From Acidimicrobiales bacterium (lineage in GTDB: Bacteria > Actinomycetota > Acidimicrobiia > Acidimicrobiales > Bog-793), in contig JBEKGS010000001.1 in the NCBI GenBank assembly GCA_050012675.1, positions 128,733 to 192,732 of the forward strand: a DNA stretch of 64,000 nt, read 5' to 3'. Below are positions 18,555-28,008 of this stretch, in pieces (positions within the stretch are counted from its first letter, which is position 1; each line of letters opens with the position of its first letter). Made by a program: the position numbers and the translations under genes. The notes under the pieces are model-generated. The model ran no database searches and was not told where the DNA came from. It worked only from the letters and a program-made list of their open reading frames with translations.

Positions 18555-19946
18555 GTGAGTTCACTGGGCCTATGGACGGTGCACGGCGACGGTAAGCACA
18601 TTCCCCCGACGGAGGTGGTGGCGCCTGACGAACGACTTGCATGGCCGCAGACCGTAGGTCTCGGCTTCCAGCACGTGCTGGCGATGTTCGGGGCTACGTT
18701 CATCGTGCCGGTGCTGATCGGCTTCCCGCCGAACACCACCATCTTCTTTTCTGGATGCGGCACTTTGATCTTCCTGCTCATCACCATCGGACGCGGGCAG
18801 CGGCTGGGGCTTCCGAGCTACCTGGGCAGCAGCTTCGCTTTCATCTCACCGGTGCTGGTCGCCGAGCAGAAGGGCGGAATCCCGTCCGCGCTGGCCGGCA
18901 TCTTCGTCGCCGGGGCCGTCTTCTTTGTCATCGGCTTCCTTGTCAACAAGTGGGGATCACGCTTCATCGAGTGGCTCATGCCGCCCGTTGTCACTGGCGC
19001 GGTCGTCGCGCTCATCGGGCTCAACCTGGCTTCGAGTGCCTTCACAAACTTCAACAAGCAGCCTTGGACCGGCTTTGCGACCCTTTGCGGAGTAGTCCTT
19101 GTGACCGTCGTGTTCCGCGGCTTCATCGGCCGTCTCTCGATCCTGGTCGGTGTGGCATTTGGCTACCTGATCGGCTGGGCTCAGGGCCAGATCAGCTTCA
19201 CGGCCGTGAGGACGGCCGGATGGGTGGGCCTGCCGCACTTCACCGGCCCGCACTTCAGCATGCGGCCGATCTTCCTCATCGTCCCTGTCGTGATTGTCCT
19301 CATCGCCGAGAACACGGGCCACATAAAGGCGGTGGCGACGATGACCGGACGGAACCTCGACCGGTCGCTGGGACGCGGCTACATGGGCGACGGTCTCGCG
19401 ACGATGCTCGCAGGCCTCGGTGGCGGTAGTGGCACTACCACTTATGCCGAGAACATCGGCGTCATGGCGGCCACGAAGGTCTACTCGACGTCGGCCTACT
19501 ACGTCGCAGCAATCGTGGCGATCGCATTCGGCTGCATCCCGAAGTTCGGAGCGCTCATCTCCACCCTGCCGGCCGGCGTGCTGGGCGGTGCGGGGACGAT
19601 CCTCTACGGGCTGATCGCGGTCCTCGGTGGGCGCATCTGGGTCGAGAACCGGGTCAACTTCAACAACCCGGTCAACCTCATACCCTGCGCGATCGGCCTC
19701 ATAGCCGGGGCCGGGAACTACACGCTCATCTTCGACCACGGGAACGTGCAGTTCAACGGCATCGCCATGGGCTGCTTCGGCACGATCATCGCCTTCCAGC
19801 TCATGAGGTGGCTCAGCGGCTACGGCGTGTTCCACAACGGGCAACCGCCGATGTTCGCCACTACGGTGCAGCCCAAAGACGAACTGGCAGGCGTAGGCGC
19901 CGAAGGGAACGCTCCACCACCCGGAGCCACCTCCTCGGCTTCATGA
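18555..19946 (+). CDS. NCS2-family nucleobase:cation symporter (uracil/xanthine permease)
   Basis: About 13 hydrophobic spans. NCS2 motifs are present (AENTGHIKAVATMTG, GGGSGTTTYAENIGVMAATKVYS). Confidence 0.9.
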   Translation: MSSLGLWTVHGDGKHIPPTEVVAPDERLAWPQTVGLGFQHVLAMFGATFIVPVLIGFPPNTTIFFSGCGTLIFLLITIGRGQRLGLPSYLGSSFAFISPVLVAEQKGGIPSALAGIFVAGAVFFVIGFLVNKWGSRFIEWLMPPVVTGAVVALIGLNLASSAFTNFNKQPWTGFATLCGVVLVTVVFRGFIGRLSILVGVAFGYLIGWAQGQISFTAVRTAGWVGLPHFTGPHFSMRPIFLIVPVVIVLIAENTGHIKAVATMTGRNLDRSLGRGYMGDGLATMLAGLGGGSGTTTYAENIGVMAATKVYSTSAYYVAAIVAIAFGCIPKFGALISTLPAGVLGGAGTILYGLIAVLGGRIWVENRVNFNNPVNLIPCAIGLIAGAGNYTLIFDHGNVQFNGIAMGCFGTIIAFQLMRWLSGYGVFHNGQPPMFATTVQPKDELAGVGAEGNAPPPGATSSAS

Positions 19947-20025
19947 GCCCGGAGGCCAACCTGCCCGCACCGAGCTCGTCAAAGAACTGCTCGTCAGGCG
20001 GGTAGAGCCTCAGGCCCCGGAGTGG

Positions 20026-20062
20026 GCGAGCGGCCCGGCACTTAGAGTGCCGGGCCGCTCGC
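20026..20062. terminator. Bidirectional intrinsic-terminator-like hairpin between convergent genes
   Basis: GCGAGCGGCCCGGCA-cttagag-TGCCGGGCCGCTCGC is a perfect 15-bp stem. It lies between the permease stop (19946) and the minus-strand gene stop (20096). Confidence 0.6.
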
Positions 20063-20095
20063 ATCGAACAGGTCCGGTTCCGGATCCACCCTCCG

Positions 20096-20350
20096 CTACT
20101 GCGTCTCGCGCCGGTACTCGCGCAGTCCGAGCCGTGCCACCTCGACGCCGATGAGGGCCACGACAGCCAGGGTGATCATGAGTGAGGCCGTGTTCGTCAG
20201 CGCCATCACCACGGCGGCCACGAGCAGACCGAGACAGATCGCGCCTATCAACAGAGCGCGCCGCAACCGGTCGATCGTGACCACTCTTCTCCCCAGATCT
20301 TCGTCGGTCAAAGACCGCGTGAGGAGCTGGAATTCAACTTCATCGGACAT
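20096..20350 (-). CDS. Small membrane protein (hypothetical, ~84 aa)
   Basis: ATG 20350 is preceded by GGAGGG. Two hydrophobic helices (LLIGAICLGLLVAAVVMAL, LMITLAVVALIGV). Confidence 0.5.
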   Translation of the reverse strand: MSDEVEFQLLTRSLTDEDLGRRVVTIDRLRRALLIGAICLGLLVAAVVMALTNTASLMITLAVVALIGVEVARLGLREYRRETQ

Positions 20351-20667
20351 GGAGGGTCCCTCCCGTCCCGAGGTCCGGCCCGAGCAGGACTGCTGGCGGG
20401 CCGGTCGGCCGTGTGCGCCGACGACGATCTGTGCCTGGCGTCGAGGCAATCTGCACGGGGCACAAGTGGTCACCGATTGATCCGATGGCGGAATTCACAG
20501 GCATCGCTGCCCCCCCAAACTCTTTCAAACTGCACTTCGGAGAAAGGTGCAACTCAGACAAGCACCCTGATGTTCCCCCAAGCCCGGCTTTCCAAACGAC
20601 CGCGCTCAGCCCGCACAGGTATCGGGAGCGGACCCACGCCGGTGCGGAGCATGGTGAAATTCGAGGC

Positions 20668-21291
20668 GTGGCCATTCGCGTCTGTGTCGAGCAAGGGGAC
20701 AGGCTGGTGTTCGCCTCGGCGCTCGACTGGCCGGGGTGGTGCCGCCCGGGGCGCAGTGAGCAACAAGCACTGGAGGCCCTTGCGGCCTATGCCGGTCGCT
20801 ACTGCGCAGTGCTACGCGCGGCGGCCCTCGGCTTTGAGCCCGAGAGCACCGAGTTCGACGTCCTGGAGCGGGCGCCGGGCAACGCCACGACAGACTTCGG
20901 TGCCCCGGCGATCATCTCGGAGGCTGAGCGCGAGCCGCTCGACGCCGCGGCCGCAGCCCGCCTCGCCGCTGTCGTTGCAGGCTGCTGGCCGTTTTTCGAC
21001 CGAGTCACGAGCGACGCACCCGCCCTGCTTCGCAAGGGGCCCCGAGGTGGTGGCCGCGACCGGGACGAGATCGTCGACCACGTAGCCGCTGCGGAGCTCG
21101 CCTACGCTCGCAAGCTGGGGATAAGGAACGTCCCCGACGCCGGGGCTTGTCGCGTAGCCATCGTCGAGGTCCTCGCGGCACCGTGCGAGGGCAGTGCCGC
21201 CGACGCGAAGGGCTGGCCACCCCGTTACGGTGCCCGCCGGATCGGCTGGCACGTCCTCGACCACGCCTGGGAGATCGAGGACAGGAGCTGA
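20668..21291 (+). CDS. Hypothetical protein (function not recognised)
   Basis: Good GC3 and protein-like composition from about GVAIRVCVEQGDRLVF onwards. The start is uncertain (GTG 20668 is the first plausible one). The track ORF from 20413 includes a low-quality N-terminus. Confidence 0.55.
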   Translation: MAIRVCVEQGDRLVFASALDWPGWCRPGRSEQQALEALAAYAGRYCAVLRAAALGFEPESTEFDVLERAPGNATTDFGAPAIISEAEREPLDAAAAARLAAVVAGCWPFFDRVTSDAPALLRKGPRGGGRDRDEIVDHVAAAELAYARKLGIRNVPDAGACRVAIVEVLAAPCEGSAADAKGWPPRYGARRIGWHVLDHAWEIEDRS

Positions 21292-21797
21292 GCGGAAGAC
21301 CGGCCAAGACGCCGGACCGGTCGAGGTGGCCAGGGCCGAGGAGCCGGGTGCCGATGATGCCGGTCCGGTTCTCGAGATGTACCACCGAGCAGCGCGCGTC
21401 AGACTGGGTTCTGCGACGCGAAGGTACGGAGCTCGTGACCGAGGCGCCCGGCCATCCGGTGTTCACGCTGACCCCGGACAGGCTCCGGAACTGCGGCAGC
21501 GCCCGTGATCAGCATGTTCTCGTGCTTGCAGGTGTTTTGCGCGCCTGAACGGTTGACATTCGGGTTACGGAGTTGTTGACTGAAATCGGAGAGCATGTCC
21601 ATCCGGCGTGACCGTGAAGCTCCCCCCCGGCCCCGGGCCAAGCCCCGGGGCCGTGTTGACTGCACCGGTCGAAAGCCGCGCTCTTTCAACGCACCCCCAC
21701 CCGGCGAGTCTCGGCGGGTGAGACGCGGGTGTCTAGGGGGTGATGAGCCTCAGGTACGGGGCCGCTTTTCCCGACAAGCAATGACGAGAGAAGTCTT

Positions 21798-23201
21798 TTG
21801 GCAGGACGGCCAGCCGTCCCGAGCGGCTTCGAAGTCCGCGGGAAGGGTGATCTGTTGATCCACCGAACCGGCCTCGAGGAGGCGATAAGGCGCGCTGCCG
21901 ACCCGGTGGTGCTCACCCAGCGGGTTGCTGACGAGGCCATGACCCTCGTCGCGAGCGTCGAGGGAGTTCTCGTCGGCTTCATCCAGGATCCGTCGTGTCT
22001 GGCCTTCGAGTGTGGCGCGGGTTTTCTCGAACCAGAGATCGGTTGTCGGATGGCGCTGGACGAGTCGCTGGCCGGGCTGGCGTTCCGAAGCGGCGTGACC
22101 CTTCACTCCGATGACGTCGAGAGTGACCCGCGTTGTCGACGGGTGCAAGGTGTCCGGTCGTTGGTATGCGTACCGCTCTGGCGTCAGTCCCAAACGGCCG
22201 GGGTGCTTGTGGTCGCTTCGTCCCGACCGCGGGCGTTCGACGATCGCGACGTCGCGACCCTGACGAGCCTTGCCGAGTTCATCAGCGTCGTGATCACAGT
22301 TGCCGTCGACCTGGCGGGCGCTACGGACGCGTTTCTCTCCCGCGTCTGTAGCGACACCGTCAGCACCTCCGTGTGCGAAGGTGCCGACCGGGATGCCGAG
22401 ACGCGGTTCGTTGCCAACGTGTTGAACCCGGGAGCCTCCAGCAGGCTCGAGATCCGCAGGCGAATCGACCGCGTTCTCAAAGGACACGGCCTCAGCCACG
22501 TGTTCCAGCCTGTTTTCGACCTGAGGAGCGGGGAGTGCTTTGCAGTCGAGGCGCTCGCCCGGTTCGCGGGCAGGCCAAAGCGGACACCTGACGTGTGGTT
22601 CGCAGAGGCGCACGCCATGGGTGACGGCATCGATCTGGAGGTCATCTCGGCAAGGCGAGCCTTGAGCTATTCGCGGCGGCTTCCGCGAGGGGTCGCCCTC
22701 TGCGTGAACGCGAGCCCCGAAGCGATGATCTCAGAGGAGCTGCTCCACGTCCTCGAAGGCTCCGACGCGGAGCACCTCGTCATGGAGCTGACCGAGGAGG
22801 CCAGGGTCGACGACTACCCTCGCCTTTCTCGCGTGCTCGACGAGATGCGCCTGAAGGGCGTACGCCTGGCCATCGATGACACCGGCGCAGGCTTTGCGAG
22901 CCTTGCCCACATCTTGAAACTCGTCCCCGACTTCATCAAGCTGGACCGCGAGCTCACCTCCGGCATCGACCACGACCCCGTCCGCATCGCCCTAGCGACC
23001 GCCCTCGTGAGTTTCGCGTCGGGGCTCGGGGCCGAGATCATCGCCGAGGGGATCGAGACTGCGGCCGAGCTCGAGGTGCTTTGCAGTCTGGGGATCGGTT
23101 ACGGGCAGGGGTTCTTCTTGTGCAGGCCGACATCGGTCGACTCGATCCCGGATCGGCTGCCCACCGAGCTGCTCCCGGCTGTCTCGGCGCTGGCGTCTTG
23201 A
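21798..23201 (+). CDS. GAF domain - EAL domain protein (c-di-GMP phosphodiesterase)
   Basis: EAL-domain blocks FAVEALARF, MELTE, AIDDTGAGFAS, IKLDR, AEGIET and GYGQGFF are present. The N-terminal ~170 aa are GAF-like. No GGDEF domain. The start is uncertain. Confidence 0.85.
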   Translation: MAGRPAVPSGFEVRGKGDLLIHRTGLEEAIRRAADPVVLTQRVADEAMTLVASVEGVLVGFIQDPSCLAFECGAGFLEPEIGCRMALDESLAGLAFRSGVTLHSDDVESDPRCRRVQGVRSLVCVPLWRQSQTAGVLVVASSRPRAFDDRDVATLTSLAEFISVVITVAVDLAGATDAFLSRVCSDTVSTSVCEGADRDAETRFVANVLNPGASSRLEIRRRIDRVLKGHGLSHVFQPVFDLRSGECFAVEALARFAGRPKRTPDVWFAEAHAMGDGIDLEVISARRALSYSRRLPRGVALCVNASPEAMISEELLHVLEGSDAEHLVMELTEEARVDDYPRLSRVLDEMRLKGVRLAIDDTGAGFASLAHILKLVPDFIKLDRELTSGIDHDPVRIALATALVSFASGLGAEIIAEGIETAAELEVLCSLGIGYGQGFFLCRPTSVDSIPDRLPTELLPAVSALAS

Positions 23202-23491
23202 AACGGCCGGCCTTCGGGCCCGGCGCACTGGCCGCTGTGACGCGCTGAGTTGGGTCGCGGTCATGGCGAGCTTGGGTCAAAGGGGTCACGTGCGTTGTCG
23301 GGCACTTTCTTTTGAACCTGCGCAGTGGCGCGCCGGTGACCGATGTCGCCGACCCTTTGAAGACGATCCTTTCACCCGTGTCTTTGCCTCGCGCTCGAGC
23401 CGGAGGCTGAACTGAGAAAGACGCGGGCGAAGTCGGGCTTCCCCGCTCCATGGCGCGCGACGTCGCCACATGCTGGGCCGACGCCCAGTCG

Positions 23492-24658
23492 TCAGCTCCC
23501 GCGCACCATTGTCCGTAGCAGGGCGGCGACCTCCTCGTGCGAGGGCATGGCGGCGATCTCGGCTTCGACCGATCTCGCACGTTGACGACAGCCGGGATCG
23601 TCGAGCACAGAACGCAGCCGGGAGACGACGGCTGGCCCGGTCACCTCGCCGGGCATCAAGCACTGAGCGACGCCGGCCTCACAGAGCCGGGAGGCGATGA
23701 CGAAGTTGTCGGCACTCTGCGGCAGGGCCACCGAGGCCAGTCCGTGCGCGAGGACGCCGAAGCTCGTGCCGGCCCCGGCGTGGTGGACGACAGCCGCACA
23801 GTGCGGGAGCAGTTCAGCCTGGGGGACGAACCGTTCCACGAGGGCATTGCCGGGCAGGGGCGCGAGAGCTGCCGGGTCGTTGTCCCGCCCGATCGTCGCC
23901 AGCACATTGACGGGCTCGTCCCCGAGGGCCTCGAGCACGAGCCGGAACAGATCGATGGCGTTGTTCGAGAAGGTTCCCAGGGTCAAGTAGACGAGCGGTC
24001 TTTCCGGATCGGGAAACGAGAGGTGAAGTTCGGGAGGCTCGCCGAGCGGTGCCGGGACGGGACGCAAGGGCTGTGAGTCCGCGAGATCTGCGGCGGCGTG
24101 GTCCAGCGAGGATGGGCAGATGGTCAAGGTGGTGCCGGAGTAGACACCTGCCGCGGCCGGGACGTCGCGACCGAACTCCCGCCAGATGGGAGACACTGCG
24201 TCCGCCACGAGGCCGAGAACCTCCGGGTCCACGAGAGGTCCGATGGAGTGCTGAACAGCGTGGGAGCCCGTCAGTGCTGCCACGAGCGGAGCGGCGAACA
24301 AGTACGGGTCGAACACGAGCAGGGACGGCTCGAACTCCGTGCAGAGCTCGAGCAGCTCGTCGAGCATCAGGGCCATCCCGATCTCGCCGAACAGCCGGGG
24401 CACGAAGTAGCCGAGCACGCGCCCCGGCTCCAGGCCGTCACCGGGCACGCCGCGCGTCCGGGAGCGGAGAGCCTGGAACCAGGAGCCGAAGTCCGGCCCG
24501 GCCCTGCGGAACCCGAGACCGCGCTTCGAGACGGCTTCCGTCGCGTCCGGTCCGCTGGCAACGACCACGTCGTCGCCCTGGGCGGCGAACGCCTCCGCCA
24601 AAGGGAGCAGAGGTTGAATGTGACCGGTTTGTGGCACACAGCTGACAACGACTCGCAA
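23492..24658 (-). CDS. GT1-family (UDP-glycosyltransferase/MGT-like) glycosyltransferase
   Basis: MRVVVSCVPQTGHIQPLLPLAEAFAAQGDDVVV is the typical N-terminus. The C-terminal nucleotide-sugar motif reads VVHHAGAGTSFGVLAHGLASVALPQSADNF. TTG 24658 gives ~388 aa. The track ORF extension to 24982 is Arg/Pro-rich and not protein-like. Confidence 0.85.
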   Translation of the reverse strand: MRVVVSCVPQTGHIQPLLPLAEAFAAQGDDVVVASGPDATEAVSKRGLGFRRAGPDFGSWFQALRSRTRGVPGDGLEPGRVLGYFVPRLFGEIGMALMLDELLELCTEFEPSLLVFDPYLFAAPLVAALTGSHAVQHSIGPLVDPEVLGLVADAVSPIWREFGRDVPAAAGVYSGTTLTICPSSLDHAAADLADSQPLRPVPAPLGEPPELHLSFPDPERPLVYLTLGTFSNNAIDLFRLVLEALGDEPVNVLATIGRDNDPAALAPLPGNALVERFVPQAELLPHCAAVVHHAGAGTSFGVLAHGLASVALPQSADNFVIASRLCEAGVAQCLMPGEVTGPAVVSRLRSVLDDPGCRQRARSVEAEIAAMPSHEEVAALLRTMVRGS

Positions 24659-24963
24659 CGAAGGCCCTTTCTGAGTGACCCGGCCACAGCAGGTCAGCTG
24701 TGTGGACAAGCCGCGATCGTCATACGGTAATGGCCAAGGTCGCCCCGCCGTCCGTGGTCGCTGATCGCGGCGGCACGCCGAACGCCTCGGACAAGCTCTT
24801 GGCAGCCGCGGCGACGCCACAGGACGGGGTGCGCGGTGAGGACTCGGAGTCGTCCCGGCTGTCCTTGACGCCGGGCATATGCTGAGAGTGGTCGGGTCGT
24901 CACAAGTTGAGACCTGGTCCTGGGGGGGAGGCCGGCGACACTGTGAGTAGTCCGCGCAACGAG

Positions 24964-27900
24964 ATGGACCGGCGTTCGGCACTCAAGCTGATCGGGGGCG
25001 CAGTCGCCGGCGTCGCAGTCGGCCCGCGCATGTTGGCACGCCCCGGCCCCTCCTCGAAGTACCCGCTGGTCCCGTTCAGGTCCTACGGCCACTCGTTCCC
25101 GGCGCCGCTGCGCGCGGCCCTCACAAGTTCGGCCAAGCCGAGCCTGGTCTTCCAAGTCGTCCGGACCACCGACATGGTCTATCTCGGCTTCGAGTTCTAC
25201 AACGCCAAGGTTGTCGTCACGGCCGGTCAGACCGAGATAGTCGCCGAGGACACCAAGACGCCGATGTACATGGTCGTCGTGTTCCCTTCCCAGCACCTCG
25301 GCGAGGAGTGCGTTGCCTACACGCCGGGAGTGACCACTTGGCCGACCAGCCCCATGAGAGGCGCCCTTGCCGGTTTCAGCTGGCTCGTGTTCGAGCTTGC
25401 CGGCACGGCCAAGGTTCCCTACACGATGGCGGGTCTCCTCGACTGGTCGAAGGCGAAGCCCGAGCTCGTTCCGGTCGTCACCTCCAGCTCGGGCGAACCT
25501 GCCCCGCCGGATCCCCTCCATACAGCCCTCGAGATCCCCTGGCAGCTCTGGCTCACGCCCCTCGAGCACGGCACCTGGCACCATGCGGCCAGCCCGGTCG
25601 TCTTCAAGCAGATCACCGAGCTCTGGCACACCCGCCTAGGAGCTGGTGACTTCGAGCCGCCGGTGGTCACTCCGTTGCTCAAAGCCTTCTGGGCCCCCGG
25701 CTACGGCGGCACCCTTGCCGGTCCTCCGGCCGACCCGTGGCTCATGTCCCTGTTGCCGCAGAACCGCATCGACATCGTGGCACTCACCACCGGTAGCACT
25801 GCAGGCGACGCTCCGATCGAGGTCGACCTGCTCCTTCTCTCGGCGCTCGGGGCGTCGGTCAACATCCAAGGATCGTGGTCGCCCGGCCCCAACACTCCCG
25901 TCGACACGGCGTCGTGGTGGCACCGTGCATCGGTCGGGCGCGACAGCTACGTGCGCGTCGTCAATATCGGTTACCTCTTCCCGTGGGGCAACCGGGCCAG
26001 CCGGATCACGATCTCGGACCGGGAGATCCAGGTCAACTCCGACGGCGAGGCGGTCGCCTACCTGGTGCAGAAGCAGTACATCGCAGTGAAGGAGCCGGAG
26101 ATCGTCTACACCGGCGACCACTTCGAGCCCAACGACGGGAGGGGCAACCCGATCCGGAGCCTTCTCGTGAAGACGGTGACGACCCCGCCGATCGACTTCG
26201 ACAACACGGTCGATCCGGGCATCAACGTCGGTCCCTTTGCTTCCGACACCGCCGACGTCTTGTGGGTGCGAAGCGGTTTGGAGGACGTCCCGTTCTCTTT
26301 CGTCGGCACCGACGCGGAGGAAAGGAGTGTCGACTTCACGACCGGTGTCATCTGGGTGTCGTCCAGCTTCGCCGAGAACGCGGGCAATCTCCAAAAGGTC
26401 GCTGCGGCTTATGCCGCCGATCCCAGCCGGCGCTCGCCGTCGTTCGGCGGGTCGCTGTTCGCTTTCGCGGACACACTCGGCGCCACCCCGGGGTCCACGG
26501 CCCAGCACGTCAACACCTACGGGCTGGCGGCGCTCGTCGCCGTGAACGGCAGGGCGAACTTCTACCCCGCGCTCGACTCGGCGGCGGTCAGCCTGCCGGG
26601 GGCGGAGCAGATCGTGGGCGCCGGCTCCAGCGCCCTCGCGAGTCCGAGCGTGTCGATCTCGTCCAACTACCTCGCCCACGGGTTCCAAGCCGGAGTGACC
26701 GAGGTGTACCTCGCCGTGACCGAGAACGGCCCCGGCCTTTCCTTCCCGGCCAACCTCGTCGGTGGCATGGCCACGCCCAACTTCGACGTGAGCGGGATAG
26801 CCCGGGACCTCGGTCCCGTCGGTGGCGACCTCAACGACCTGCTGGCGGGCAAGTTCGACCCGACGAAGTACTTCAACATGGTCTCCGGGGACATAGGCAA
26901 GCTCCTCGGCGCCATTTCGGTCGCGGACATCATCCTGCCCGTCGATCCCGACCAGGCCGCGAGCAACGCGCAAGCCCCGCAGATCTCCGACAAGATCATC
27001 TACCCGGACAACGACGACACCAAGCCCCCGACGGCACTCGACGTGAAGATCGACTGGACCCCGACCGTTACGGCGGACCCGACAGGCTTGTTCCAGCCAC
27101 AGGGCGGGGGCCTCACCATCCACGCCGAGATCTACACCCCGATCGCCAACCCGAGCCAGACGACCTACTCGATCCACGGGGACCTCACCAATTTCGAGCT
27201 GCTCCTGTTCGGGACCGACAATCCCTACATCGCGATCACGTTCAACTCCTTCAGCTTCGACTCGAAGACCGGTGCCAAGACCTCGATCCAGCCGGACATC
27301 GACTCTGTCGAGTTCAAGGGCCCGCTCACGTTCATCTCCGAGCTCGAGAACCTGCTCAGCTCGCTGGGTGGCCCGTCGATCTCGGTCAGCGACGGCGGTG
27401 TGGAGGCGAGTTACTCGCTCGCGTTGCCGGATATCGGAGTCGGGGTTTTCGCCCTCCAGAACCTCGCTCTGTCCGCCGGGGTCAACATCCCCTTCGACGG
27501 GACCCCGGTCCGGGTCCGCTTCGGCCTTTCCTCGAGGGACAACCCGTTCATCCTCACCATCGACCTGTTCGGCGGCGGGGGCTTCTTCTCGCTCGGGATC
27601 GGCGCGGACGGGATCGAGCTGATCGAGGTCTCGTTGGAGTTCGGCGCAGACTTGTCCATCGACCTCGGCGTGGCGAGCGGGGGCGTGTCGATAATGGCCG
27701 GGATCTACTTCTCGCTCCAGACCGTTCCGACAAAACAGATCCAGCTCACCGGTTTCCTGCGCGCCGACGGGAACCTGTCCGTGCTCGGGATCATCACGAT
27801 CTCGATGGAGTTCTACCTCGGGCTGACATATCTGGACCCCGGCAAGGCCTACGGCACTGCGACCATCTCGGTCTCGGTGAGCGTGCTGTTCGTGAGCGTC

Positions 27901-28008
27901 TCGGTGGGCGTGACCATGCAAAAGACCATCGGCGGGAGCGGCGACCCCGATTTCAGACAGGCCCTGACGGAGAAGAACTGGCAAACCTACTGCGAGGCCT
28001 TCGCATGA
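24964..28008 (+). CDS. Large Tat-signal protein of unknown family (1,014 aa), giant ORF A
   Basis: The N-terminus MDRRSALKLIGGAVAGVAVGPRMLARP has a twin-arginine motif (RRxALK), an h-region and an A-x-A-like cleavage site. Strong GC3 bias runs across all 3 kb. I recognised no named domain. The stop overlaps the next start (ATGA). Confidence 0.85.
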   Translation: MDRRSALKLIGGAVAGVAVGPRMLARPGPSSKYPLVPFRSYGHSFPAPLRAALTSSAKPSLVFQVVRTTDMVYLGFEFYNAKVVVTAGQTEIVAEDTKTPMYMVVVFPSQHLGEECVAYTPGVTTWPTSPMRGALAGFSWLVFELAGTAKVPYTMAGLLDWSKAKPELVPVVTSSSGEPAPPDPLHTALEIPWQLWLTPLEHGTWHHAASPVVFKQITELWHTRLGAGDFEPPVVTPLLKAFWAPGYGGTLAGPPADPWLMSLLPQNRIDIVALTTGSTAGDAPIEVDLLLLSALGASVNIQGSWSPGPNTPVDTASWWHRASVGRDSYVRVVNIGYLFPWGNRASRITISDREIQVNSDGEAVAYLVQKQYIAVKEPEIVYTGDHFEPNDGRGNPIRSLLVKTVTTPPIDFDNTVDPGINVGPFASDTADVLWVRSGLEDVPFSFVGTDAEERSVDFTTGVIWVSSSFAENAGNLQKVAAAYAADPSRRSPSFGGSLFAFADTLGATPGSTAQHVNTYGLAALVAVNGRANFYPALDSAAVSLPGAEQIVGAGSSALASPSVSISSNYLAHGFQAGVTEVYLAVTENGPGLSFPANLVGGMATPNFDVSGIARDLGPVGGDLNDLLAGKFDPTKYFNMVSGDIGKLLGAISVADIILPVDPDQAASNAQAPQISDKIIYPDNDDTKPPTALDVKIDWTPTVTADPTGLFQPQGGGLTIHAEIYTPIANPSQTTYSIHGDLTNFELLLFGTDNPYIAITFNSFSFDSKTGAKTSIQPDIDSVEFKGPLTFISELENLLSSLGGPSISVSDGGVEASYSLALPDIGVGVFALQNLALSAGVNIPFDGTPVRVRFGLSSRDNPFILTIDLFGGGGFFSLGIGADGIELIEVSLEFGADLSIDLGVASGGVSIMAGIYFSLQTVPTKQIQLTGFLRADGNLSVLGIITISMEFYLGLTYLDPGKAYGTATISVSVSVLFVSVSVGVTMQKTIGGSGDPDFRQALTEKNWQTYCEAFA

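Noticed and set aside
21292-21797. A 0.5-kb gap upstream of the GAF-EAL gene. It contains a 9-bp GC-rich hairpin (21629-21652, GGCCCCGGG-ccaagc-CCCGGGGCC) and short ORFs. One reading (ENMLITGAAAVPEP) vaguely recalls a degraded P-loop.
   Set aside because: There is no intact ORF, and the motif spacing does not fit IstB or other ATPases. The hairpin lacks a U-tract and is not positioned after a gene end. Nothing is supportable.
25875-28004. The upstream 710 codons of the 2,031-aa track ORF (25875..31970), which would make ORF B far larger and overlap ORF A.
   Set aside because: This segment is out of frame with ORF A and reads as Arg/Gly/Pro/His-rich low-complexity sequence. Protein-like sequence starts exactly at ATG 28005, which overlaps the ORF A stop (ATGA).
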